38,646 bases of DNA from Deltaproteobacteria bacterium. Its GTDB lineage: Bacteria; CG2-30-53-67. Made by a program: the position numbers and the translations under genes. Of the stretch, positions 1 through 8,663 are shown piece by piece (position 1 is the first letter of the stretch; the number at the start of each line of letters is the position of its first letter). The stretch is taken from contig JAADIO010000028.1 in assembly GCA_013151235.1 (NCBI GenBank), forward strand, positions 1-38,646. Direction: 5' to 3'. Under the pieces are notes generated by a model. That model searched no databases and had not been told where the DNA came from. It saw only the letters and a list, made by a program, of their open reading frames with translations.

Positions 1-974
1 TGGCCCTGGCCATTATCCAGCTCTCTTTTAATCTCTTGAAATATTTTTTTCAATATCTCGTCATCCACAAGAAATATACTTTTTTGAAGCTTAACCGGGC
101 CAATTGCAGGCGCTCAATGTTAAAACAGATTTACCATTACAGCATCTACAGTTTCATTATTTCCATCGCGTTGAAACTGCTTTTTTACACGGACTCCGTG
201 GTTATCGGATCTTTGCTGACCGTAAGCAAAATTACATTCTATGCAATTCCGGCCACCTTGATGCAATATATGGAAAAATTTATTTACGCGGCAATCTCGG
301 TGCTAACACCAGTAATCAGCTCTTACGATGCAGTGGGTGAAGGAACGAAAAATAGGAATATATATATCCTTGGTTCGCGATATGCGCTCACGCTAAGCAT
401 ACCTGTACTTTTCGTGCTCTATACGAACGGCACATCATTCATATCGCTTTGGATGGGGCCAGAATATGGTCAAAAATGTTCAACTGTTTTAAAAATTTTG
501 ATCATAGGATATATTTTTGCTTTTCCCCAGATGATCGCAAACGGGATACTCAAGGGAACAAGCAGACATAAGGTATTCGCGTACATACTTATCGTAGAAG
601 CAATTGCAAACCTTGCAATCAGCATAATACTGGTTCGGGCCTATGATATTGAAGGCGTGGCTTTCGGCACAACATTACCGTTGATTATCACAAACTTCAT
701 ATTGGTCCCCCTGTATACCTGCAAAACATTGGGCCTACGTTATGGCACCTATCTCTGGAGGAGCTATGCAACCCCATCAGTCTTGCTCGTTCTGCTTGGC
801 AGCCTCTATTACGTAAGGCCCATAGAAACATCGAGTTACACAGAACTGATTGTTTATTCCGCCTGCATTACTTTCGTTGTAGCGGTTTTCTCGCTTACCT
901 ATATTTTCGACAAAGCACACAGAAATTGGCTCTTAGGAAACCTGAAGAAGTTTCTGCTCAGCCCTTGGGCCTAA
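1..974 (+). CDS. Polysaccharide flippase / Wzx-like oligosaccharide exporter (5' partial)
   Basis: Frame open from position 3. Many hydrophobic helices. Motifs YTDSVVIG..L, FYAIP and FISLWMGPEY are typical of the C-terminal half of polysaccharide biosynthesis flippases. Adjacent to a sulfotransferase and GT2. Confidence 0.8.
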   Translation, partial: ALAIIQLSFNLLKYFFQYLVIHKKYTFLKLNRANCRRSMLKQIYHYSIYSFIISIALKLLFYTDSVVIGSLLTVSKITFYAIPATLMQYMEKFIYAAISVLTPVISSYDAVGEGTKNRNIYILGSRYALTLSIPVLFVLYTNGTSFISLWMGPEYGQKCSTVLKILIIGYIFAFPQMIANGILKGTSRHKVFAYILIVEAIANLAISIILVRAYDIEGVAFGTTLPLIITNFILVPLYTCKTLGLRYGTYLWRSYATPSVLLVLLGSLYYVRPIETSSYTELIVYSACITFVVAVFSLTYIFDKAHRNWLLGNLKKFLLSPWA

Positions 975-1005
975 TTTCAGAAGCCGACCCGGAGTTTAAC
1001 ATTCA

Positions 1006-1923
1006 ATGAAAGAACCTATATTTATCATAGGATGTCCACGATCGGGCACAACCTTGCTTGCAAGAATGTTGGAGCCTACATCATACGGAAAACCGGTAGA
1101 ATCACACTTCATCACGAAATACTACAAGCAACTGAGTCAATATGGGGATCTTTCTCAATGGAAGAACTTTAATGCGCTTTTGACAAGCATCTTGAGGGAA
1201 AGGCCGGTTCAACAATGGAACTTAAATATTGATCTTGAAAAATTCTATCGTGGAATGGAAGAGTTTCACTATTCAGAGATTGTCAATAAATTATGTCTTC
1301 TGCGCGCTAAAACACGAGGACGGGCAGCATGGGGAGATAAGACCCCCAATTACCTGTTCGACCTAGACATTCTGGATCAACTTTTCCCAGACGCAAAATA
1401 CATCTATATCGTCAGAGATGGAAGAGATGTTGCACTGTCCATATTGCAAAAGCCGTGGGGACCGAACAATATCTACTGTTGTGCTGAATACTGGGAAAAG
1501 TGCAATAATAAACACAAGACAGTCCTTGATAAGTTGACGAAAAATCGCCAGCTTTATCCCGTCAAATATGAGAACCTGATTCACGATCCAAATAAGATTA
1601 TTGCTTCAATCTATGATTTTCTTTGCGAACCATACGACTCGGGCAAAATTACTCCCCTGATTGCACATGTAAACAAGGAGAATTGCAACAGATGGAAAAC
1701 AATCATGACACCGCACCAAGTCCGAATTTTTGAATCGATCGCGGAAAAGACCCTCAATCGATTTGGTTACGAAACAACTTATCACAAATCGAAAGGTATT
1801 ATACCTCTTGCCTTCTTTTACCACCTTCATAACCAAATCCACCGAAAGTGGTATCTGTTCAAATTAAACACGATTGATACAATTAAGATAAAACTTGGGC
1901 TCAAAGAACCTTTTACAGAATAA
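1006..1923 (+). CDS. PAPS-dependent sulfotransferase (Sulfotransfer_3-like)
   Basis: 5'-PSB loop IIGCPRSGTT, WGDKTP, 3'-PB motif YIVRDGRDVALS and KYENL. GGAG upstream. Confidence 0.9.
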   Translation: MKEPIFIIGCPRSGTTLLARMLEPTSYGKPVESHFITKYYKQLSQYGDLSQWKNFNALLTSILRERPVQQWNLNIDLEKFYRGMEEFHYSEIVNKLCLLRAKTRGRAAWGDKTPNYLFDLDILDQLFPDAKYIYIVRDGRDVALSILQKPWGPNNIYCCAEYWEKCNNKHKTVLDKLTKNRQLYPVKYENLIHDPNKIIASIYDFLCEPYDSGKITPLIAHVNKENCNRWKTIMTPHQVRIFESIAEKTLNRFGYETTYHKSKGIIPLAFFYHLHNQIHRKWYLFKLNTIDTIKIKLGLKEPFTE

Positions 1924-1943
1924 CATAAGCGGGCGACTGACCG

Positions 1944-2876
1944 ATGACAGAAACAGACCTTTCAATTATTATTCCAGCCAAAAACGAAAGCAGCGAGTTA
2001 GGAGAAGCGTTAGACAGTATTGCACATCATATGGCAAATCATGTCCACCATGAAGTCATAGTTGTAGACAATGGTTCCACAGATGATACAGTTGCTATAG
2101 CAAAAAGCAAAGGTGCAAAAGTAATATCAAGAGAAAAATCAACTATAGCAGGTCTTAGGAATGCCGGAGTAGAAATATCCCACGGGAACATTATCCTCTT
2201 TATGGATGCAGATGTCCGGCTTACAAAAAAGTGGGGAGAAACAATCTCGGATGTACTGAAATTTCTGCATGAAAACCCACGTGTCATTACCGGAAGTCGG
2301 TGCCTCGTACCGGAAGACGATAACCTGTTTCTGAAATACTGGTTCTCACGAATGACTCAAAAGAACTCCACATACATTAATTCGGGGCACATGATAACAA
2401 CAAGGAAATTATTTGATCTGGTCGGCGGTTTTACGGAAAACATGATTACCGGAGAAGACTATAACTTCGGCCAGAAGGCTCTCTTACAAGGAGGGATCAT
2501 CATTGAAAACAATGGGTTGCAAACCATCCACACAGGATACCCCAAAACTTGTTCGGCATTCATCAATCGGGAACGATGGCATGGTACAGAAGACTTCAGA
2601 ACGTGGAAGAATATATGTGCATCTAGAGAAGCCACTATCGTTTTAGTACACATCATCCTTGTCGTTCTCTCTATTCTGATTTTCTCGGTCAGAAGTCCCT
2701 GGTCCGGAATAATCTTTTATTTCCTTACAATGCCTCTCTTTTTAAGTACCCTAACAATAGCCAAATTCGGCAAGCCGTTGAGGCCATCTTATCTGATATT
2801 GACGAGTTTCATATTCTATCTATACATAATAGGCCGTTCGCTTTCTCTTTTTGACAGGATACGCAGTCGTCCCTAA
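1944..2876 (+). CDS. Glycosyltransferase family 2
   Basis: LSIIIPAKNE, VIVVDNGSTD, RNAG, DxD motif FMDAD, GGF..ED and C-terminal TM helices. The last codons and stop lie inside the IS left inverted repeat. Confidence 0.9.
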   Translation: MTETDLSIIIPAKNESSELGEALDSIAHHMANHVHHEVIVVDNGSTDDTVAIAKSKGAKVISREKSTIAGLRNAGVEISHGNIILFMDADVRLTKKWGETISDVLKFLHENPRVITGSRCLVPEDDNLFLKYWFSRMTQKNSTYINSGHMITTRKLFDLVGGFTENMITGEDYNFGQKALLQGGIIIENNGLQTIHTGYPKTCSAFINRERWHGTEDFRTWKNICASREATIVLVHIILVVLSILIFSVRSPWSGIIFYFLTMPLFLSTLTIAKFGKPLRPSYLILTSFIFYLYIIGRSLSLFDRIRSRP

Positions 2877-4343
2877 AAAAGTCGTAACATATTGAATTAT
2901 ATGCTTTATTTATGCCTTTTATTGTGTCATAATTACTGGAAATTGCTTATGAACCCCTAAAAACATGGTGATTTATGCAACCGAAAAAGATGCCTGAAAG
3001 CGGCCAGGGAGATCTTTTCCGAGCCCGTCTCGACCAGATCCTGAATCCGAAACATCCCCTCTTCATCCTGGCCAACCAGATCGACTGGAAGAGTTTTGAA
3101 GAGGACTTCGGAGCCTTCTTCGTGGAGAAGCAAGGCCGACCCGGTCTTCCCGTCCGTCTCGTCGTGGGACTGCACTACCTGAAATACACTTTTGATGAAA
3201 GTGACGAGTCGGTGGTGGAACGCTTTCTGGAAAACCCCTATTGGCAATACTTCTGCGGATTCGACTTCTTTCAGCATGAGTTTCCTCTGGATCCTTCATC
3301 CCTCGTCCGCTGGCGGAAACGGATCGGGCCGAAGGGAGCGGAGAAACTCTTGTTGGAAACGGTGAAGACGGCCAAGCAAAACAAACTCCTCAAGAAGAAC
3401 CATGTAAATCGTGTTAATGTCTATACCACCGTCCAGGAAAAGGCGATTGCCTTCCCCACCGATTCCCGGCTTTATCACAAGATGCGCAAGGACCTGGTTG
3501 AAGCTGCCAAAGAGCGTGAGATCAAATTACGCCAGAGCTACACCCGCAAAAGCAAAACCGCTATTTTGAAACAAGGTCGTTACCGCCATGCCCGCCAGAT
3601 GAAAAGAGCGAAAAAGGAAACCAAAAAACTTCAGATCTATCTCGGTCGCGTCATTCGTGATATTCAACGGAAATCCCCTCATCCGGATGTTTCCCTGAAA
3701 GAGAAACTCGATCTTGCCCAAAGGATCCTTCAACAAAAACAGAAAGACAAGAACAAGATTTACAGCGTTCACGCCCCGGAAGTGGAATGCATCTCCAAAG
3801 GCAAGGCCCATAAAAAATATGAATTCGGCTGCAAGGTCTCCGTGGTTACCACTTCTAAAGACAACTGGATCGTGGGCATTGATGCAATTCACAGCAACCC
3901 CTATGACGGCCATACCTTGAAACAAACGCTGAAACAGGCGACGCGGATCACCGGTTGGAGGCCGAAGATGGCCTACTGTGACCGGGGATACCGAGGGGTC
4001 TCCAAGAGTGTCCCAGATGTCGAGGTCCACCTTCCCAAACCAAAAAGAAAAGGGCTGAACCGTACCGTCTTGAAGTGGCTGAAAAGAAGGTCTGCGATTG
4101 AACCGGTCATCGGGCATCTCAAATCGGACAACCGGATGGAACACAACCACCTGCAGGGCAAAGAGGGCGACCGGATCAACGCAATGTTCTCCGGATGCGG
4201 CTTTAATATGAGAAAGCTCCTCCGGGCTTTCTTATGCTCGATTTTCAAAGTGTTTTTATCGCTTCAACAAACGGGATCGGATCGAATTGACCAAGATAAT
4301 CCAATTTCAATGACTGCATAAAAACGACTTTTTCAGGGACGAC
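2866..4343 (+). mobile_element. IS5-family insertion sequence (about 1.48 kb)
   Basis: Terminal inverted repeats GTCGTCCCTAAAAAAGTCGT (2866-2885) and ACGACTTTTTCAGGGACGAC (4324-4343) match 19/20 and enclose a single transposase. No target-site duplication visible. Confidence 0.9.
2975..4321 (+). CDS. IS5-family DDE transposase, probably inactive
   Basis: GRPGLP.RL, ENPYWQYFCG, KGKAHKKYEFG, CDRGYRG and RRSAIEPVIGH. The usual VDTTVQEK motif reads VYTTVQEK. Confidence 0.92.
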   Translation: MQPKKMPESGQGDLFRARLDQILNPKHPLFILANQIDWKSFEEDFGAFFVEKQGRPGLPVRLVVGLHYLKYTFDESDESVVERFLENPYWQYFCGFDFFQHEFPLDPSSLVRWRKRIGPKGAEKLLLETVKTAKQNKLLKKNHVNRVNVYTTVQEKAIAFPTDSRLYHKMRKDLVEAAKEREIKLRQSYTRKSKTAILKQGRYRHARQMKRAKKETKKLQIYLGRVIRDIQRKSPHPDVSLKEKLDLAQRILQQKQKDKNKIYSVHAPEVECISKGKAHKKYEFGCKVSVVTTSKDNWIVGIDAIHSNPYDGHTLKQTLKQATRITGWRPKMAYCDRGYRGVSKSVPDVEVHLPKPKRKGLNRTVLKWLKRRSAIEPVIGHLKSDNRMEHNHLQGKEGDRINAMFSGCGFNMRKLLRAFLCSIFKVFLSLQQTGSDRIDQDNPISMTA

Positions 4344-5173
4344 TAGTTAGGTTCTATTTGATCCCATAAGAAGAACTTGAAACCAAACCCTTCAAGCCCA
4401 AGTAATTCCAGATCGCGTATGAGCGGACGAATTAGCTGATAAGTTGCTGCAGGGTCGTTCCCTGTGAACTCTGTTTCGTCAGGCTTGTCAAGAAGAACAT
4501 AAATTGCAGAAAATTCTAGATTTCTTACCAATCCACATAAATATTCCAATTGATATTTATAAGTTTCAGTGAGACTTTTCTCCTCCTGCTTCACATCAGG
4601 AAGGTCAATTTTCTCCAAATCAAACTTTTTAAGCAGAATATTCACAAAGGACTCAAGAAATCCAACATTGTCCCGCCAAAAGTCTCGAAAGCGATCTGGG
4701 AGACCCTTTAGTTCCTTCAGTAAATCTTGAAGTTTGTCTCCAGTGATGTCACCTAGATAGGCATGAGCAAACAACGATATGCGTCGGCGGTTTTGCTTGT
4801 CAAATTTTCTGATTAGATCAGGATAATCAGCTAAATATGAGAGGTATGCAAGTAAAATACGTGAAATTATATTTCGTAAGTGATACTGGAGGGTAACATC
4901 TTCAAGATTTTGGCCGGCTGAGAACTCAAAGCGATCATATGAAACAGGCAGGAAGCGATAATTAATTGCGTTCTTCTCGATCATTCGCCTTAATGCGGTT
5001 TTTCCACCGCCGCGGGGCGCAAGAACAACGCTTGCATTGGGCGTGGTTGGATCACCAATCACTGCATCGAAAAATGGAGGAGGAACAAAATAATCTGCAA
5101 GATTAGGCTCCTCATCTGCATTCGTCTTTGCAAAAGGGTGTGAGGTAAAGCCAAGATTTTCAAACAGAGGCAT
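4343..5173 (-). pseudogene. P-loop NTPase, 3'-truncated at the IS; putative integron gene cassette
   Basis: Walker A APRGGGKT and Walker B IYVLLDKPDE. ATG at 5173 with AAGGA RBS. AT-rich. The stop codon TAG is formed at the IS right end shortly after Walker B. Confidence 0.7.
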
Positions 5174-5191
5174 TTCGCTATCCTTTTTTAT

Positions 5192-5226
5192 GGCCAACAA
5201 TGATTATACAGTCTGTATAAACCGGC
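5192..5226 (-). other. Putative attI recombination site at the 3' end of intI
   Basis: The minus strand reads intI stop, then palindrome TTATACAG-A-CTGTATAA (5204-5220), then core-like GTTGGCC (5198-5192), then RBS and ATG about 25 nt later, as in a promoterless cassette. Confidence 0.5.
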
Positions 5227-5763
5227 CTATAGTCCATCGGCCGGGCTCCGAACGCCATGCCCTCCTTTGTTCAATACATGAGTATAGATCATGGTTGTGC
5301 TGACATCTTTGTGCCCGGGAAGTTCCTGAATTGTGCGAATGTCATAGCCCGCTTCCAACAGATGCGTGGAGAAGGAGTGACGAAAGGTGTGGCAAGTTAT
5401 TCGTTTGACGATACCTGTCGCAAGAACAGCCCGGCGCACTGCGTGCCGGGCAAGGGTCGGATGCACGTGGTGGCGGCCTTCTTCTCCGGTCCTGGTGTTC
5501 TTCCAACGGTTCTCCTGCGGGAAGACCCATTGCCAGCGCCACTCCTTCGGAGCATTCGGATATTTGCGATCCAACGCACCGAGTATCCGGACGCAGCCCC
5601 ACCCTTCGGCCATCTCTGCCGGGTGACGGACATTATGGAAATAGATGAATCGCTTGACCCAATGGCAATAGGTCCGTTCCGTTCGGCGGCTGTAGTGGCG
5701 GACGCGCAGGGCCTCCCGCATTTGGTCGAGGAGTTTCGGCTTGCGGGGGCGTGGCGGCTGCAT
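5227..5763 (-). pseudogene. intI: Integron integrase with a large in-frame internal deletion
   Basis: N-terminus [30 protein letters not shown]. Integron-specific insert [33 protein letters not shown] and TMIYTHV are present. The SAM-like domain end and box I Arg region are missing, leaving 178 aa versus roughly 320 expected. Confidence 0.9.
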
Positions 5764-6065
5764 GGCAAAAACGCTCAGGGTTGAGGCACAAACAACTGGA
5801 GGAGAAAAAGTATCGAGCATTTTGTACCTATTCTTTAGGATGAATATACGTGATCCTATATTTCGAATCTTCTTCTGTCAAGACCTTTTTAGCCGGGGCT
5901 TCCCCCGATTTTGCAGGAAACCTGTGAAGCGGAGAAACGCGGGCCCCGGCAAAGGGCCGGAACAAAACCCAGATGAAAAGCACTGGACTCCCTGTCTGCT
6001 TCCGTAAAGGCAGGTGTTCCCCGTGGTTCATGCTTTCCGGTTTTGACTTCAAGCGCAAGAAGGGA

Positions 6066-6094
6066 TTGACATCCCCAAGCGGTCCCGATAAGAT
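6066..6094 (+). promoter_or_regulatory. Sigma70-type promoter of the dpp-like operon
   Basis: TTGACA (6066-6071), 17 bp spacer, TAAGAT (6089-6094); 10 nt before ATG 6105. Confidence 0.65.
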
Positions 6095-6104
6095 TCCCGG
6101 CGAC

Positions 6105-7643
6105 ATGAGATCCCGACCGATTCCACTTCTTCTCCTTCTCTCCATCCTCTTGTTGCCCGCTGCCTGCGGCGGCAGGGCCGTATCTTCCGGCGCTCTCGTC
6201 GTCGGGATAGAGGCGGCCCCCACCAGTCTCGACCCGCGCTATGCCACCGACGCCGTATCGGAACGGATCAACGGGCTGATCTACAGCGGCCTGGTACGTC
6301 TCGATGCGAAGGGGAGGGTCGTCCCCGGCCTCGCCCGGAGCTGGGAGATCCCGGATCCCCGGACCTACCGGTTTCACCTCCGCCGGAACGTCTCCTTCCA
6401 TGACGGGACCCCCCTGACCGCCGCCGATATCCGCTTCACCTTTGAATCGATCCTCGATCCCGCCACCGCCTCCCCGCATCGGAGCACCTTCGAAAAGATC
6501 GAGCGTATCGAGACACCCGATCCATGGACGGTAATATTCATCCTCAAAGAACCTTTCGCCCCCTTCCTGGTCGGCCTCACCATGGGGATCGTCCCCGCAA
6601 GGACCGCGCGGAGGCTGGGGAAGGGCTTCGCAGAACACCCCGTGGGGACGGGTCCCTTCATGCTGGTCCATCGGGAGGAGGGGGACAGTTACACACTGAA
6701 GGCCGACCCGGACTACTTCGGCGGGCCGCCGAAACTGGAGAAGGTCGTCTTCCGGGTCATACCGGACAGTACCGTCCGCTTCCTCGAACTCCGGAAGGGA
6801 AGCGTGCAACTGCTTCTCAACGGAATCGAACCGGACTATCTCCCCCTGGTCCGCAGGAACCCGGAACTCCGCACCCTCACGGGACCGGGGGTCAACTATT
6901 CCTACATAGGTTTCAACCTGACCGACCCGATCCTGAAACACAGGAGGGTCCGTGAGGCGATCGCCCACGCCGTCGACCGGAAGGCGATCATCCGCTACCT
7001 GCTGAAGGGAACGGCCCGTGAGGCCACGGGGCTCCTGTCGCCCCTCAACTGGGCCTACAACGGCAGCGTTAAGACCTTCGACTACGACCCGGCGAAAAGC
7101 CGGGCGCTGCTCGATAAAGCGGGCTTCACCGATCCGGACGGGGCAGGGCCGAAGATGCGCTTTACCCTGACCTTCAAGACATCCCAGGACGAGCTGCGGA
7201 AACGGATCGCCGCCGCCCTGCAGCAGCAATTCCGGAAGGTCGGGATCGGGATGACGATCCGCTCCTACGAGTGGGGGACCTTCTACGGCGACATAAAGTC
7301 CGGAAACTTCCAGCTCTATACCCTCTCCTGGGTCGGGATCACCGAGCCGGACATCTATTACTATATCTTCCATTCATCGAACATCCCGCCGCGCGGGGCC
7401 AACCGGGGACGATACAAGAACCCGGAGATCGACCGGCTCCTCGAGGCGGGACGGCGGGAGACCGATCCTGCGAAGCGGAAAAGGATCTACGGCAGGGTGC
7501 AGGAAATACTCGCCCGCGACCTGCCCTACGTCAGCCTGTGGTACTACGACAATGTCGCCGTATTTTCCAAAAGGCTCCACGGCTTCGTTCTTGACCCGAG
7601 GGGAGATCTCTTTTCACTGAAGGACGCGTGGATCGCGAAATGA
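6105..7643 (+). CDS. dppA: Peptide/nickel ABC transporter substrate-binding lipoprotein (SBP family 5)
   Basis: Signal peptide with lipobox PAAC. SLDPR, PGLARSWE, FHDGTPLTAADIRFTF, PVGTGPF and VREAIAHAVDR. Start placed at the ATG that begins the signal peptide. Substrate (dpp/app/nik) not resolvable. Confidence 0.9.
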   Translation: MRSRPIPLLLLLSILLLPAACGGRAVSSGALVVGIEAAPTSLDPRYATDAVSERINGLIYSGLVRLDAKGRVVPGLARSWEIPDPRTYRFHLRRNVSFHDGTPLTAADIRFTFESILDPATASPHRSTFEKIERIETPDPWTVIFILKEPFAPFLVGLTMGIVPARTARRLGKGFAEHPVGTGPFMLVHREEGDSYTLKADPDYFGGPPKLEKVVFRVIPDSTVRFLELRKGSVQLLLNGIEPDYLPLVRRNPELRTLTGPGVNYSYIGFNLTDPILKHRRVREAIAHAVDRKAIIRYLLKGTAREATGLLSPLNWAYNGSVKTFDYDPAKSRALLDKAGFTDPDGAGPKMRFTLTFKTSQDELRKRIAAALQQQFRKVGIGMTIRSYEWGTFYGDIKSGNFQLYTLSWVGITEPDIYYYIFHSSNIPPRGANRGRYKNPEIDRLLEAGRRETDPAKRKRIYGRVQEILARDLPYVSLWYYDNVAVFSKRLHGFVLDPRGDLFSLKDAWIAK

Positions 7644-7688
7644 CCGTTCAAGTCGTTCCAGCCGTTTAAGCGGTTTGAACTGTTTGGA
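7644..7688 (+). repeat. Degenerate 9-bp tandem repeat, 5 units
   Basis: CCGTTCAAG TCGTTCCAG CCGTTTAAG CGGTTTGAA CTGTTTGGA immediately after the SBP stop codon. Confidence 0.6.
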
Positions 7689-7732
7689 CTTCATCCGGAT
7701 CACAAAACCGGTGAACCACAGGAGGGAACGGG

Positions 7733-8663
7733 TTGTCCCGCTACATCATCAAAAGGCTTTTATTACTGATCCCCGTCGTCTTCGGCGTGGTCACTCTCGT
7801 CTTCTTCCTGGTCCACCTGATTCCCGGTGATCCCGTGGAGGTGATGTTGGGGGAGCAGGCGCGGGCCGCCGACAAGGCGATGCTGCGCCATGAGCTCCAC
7901 CTGGACCGTCCCCTGATGGAACAGTACCGGATCTATCTTGAGGGACTGGGGGGACCTGGGCCGCTCGATCCATTCCCGCGAGCCGGTATCCGCCCTGATC
8001 GCCCGGCGTTTTCCCGCGACGCTCCTCCTGACACTGGCCGCCATGCTGGTCGCCGTCTTCATCGCCATTCCCGTCGGGGTCGTTTCGGCCACGAAACAGT
8101 ATTCGCTCATCGACAATCTTTCGATGTTCTTCGCACTCCTCGGGATCTCCATGCCGAATTTCTGGCTCGGCCCCCTTCTCATTCTCCTCTTTTCGATCCG
8201 GTTAGGCTGGCTTCCCGTCTCCGGCATGGGGGGGCTGGAACATCTGGTCCTGCCGGCGATCACCCTCGGCACCGCCCTGGCCGCAATCCTTACCCGGATG
8301 ACGCGGGCCGGGCTCCTGGAGGTCATCCGTGAACAGTATATCGTGACCGCCCGGGCCAAGGGGCTGGCGGAAAGAAAGGTGCTCTACAAACATGCCCTGA
8401 AGAACGCGCTGATCCCGGTGATCACGATCCTCGGCCTCCAGTTCGGGGCTCTCCTTTCCGGCTCCATCATTACCGAGACGATCTTTTCCTGGCCGGGAAT
8501 CGGACGGCTCGTGATCCAGGCCGTGAACCGGCGGGACTATCCGCTCGTCCAGGGCTGCGTCCTCGTCATCGCCCTGAGTTACGTCCTGGTCAACCTGGCG
8601 ACCGATCTTTTCTACAATGTGGCCGATCCCCGGATCCGGGTCGGAGGAGGGAAAACATCTTGA
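7733..8663 (+). pseudogene. dppB: Peptide ABC transporter permease 1, frameshifted near 7949 (real lesion or sequence error)
   Basis: The N-terminus (YIIKRLLLLIPV..PGDP..EQY) is in the 7733 frame. The rest (GDLGRS..RFPATL..YIVTARAKGL..RDYPLVQG) is in the 7938 frame. The switch occurs at a G6 run, 7948-7953. Confidence 0.85.

Noticed and set aside
4343-5200. attC site for the putative cassette
   Set aside because: None visible; the 3' end is replaced by the IS, so cassette status rests only on the 5' junction.
5778-5790. GTTGAGGC upstream of intI as a conventional attI core
   Set aside because: It does not fit GTTRRRY and no cassette-like ORF or attC follows on the plus strand.
5973-6104. 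44-codon N-terminal extension of the SBP ORF
   Set aside because: It contains the promoter, and the signal peptide begins at ATG 6105.
5889-7373. 494-aa minus-strand ORF
   Set aside because: Antisense shadow of the GC-rich SBP gene with no recognisable motifs.
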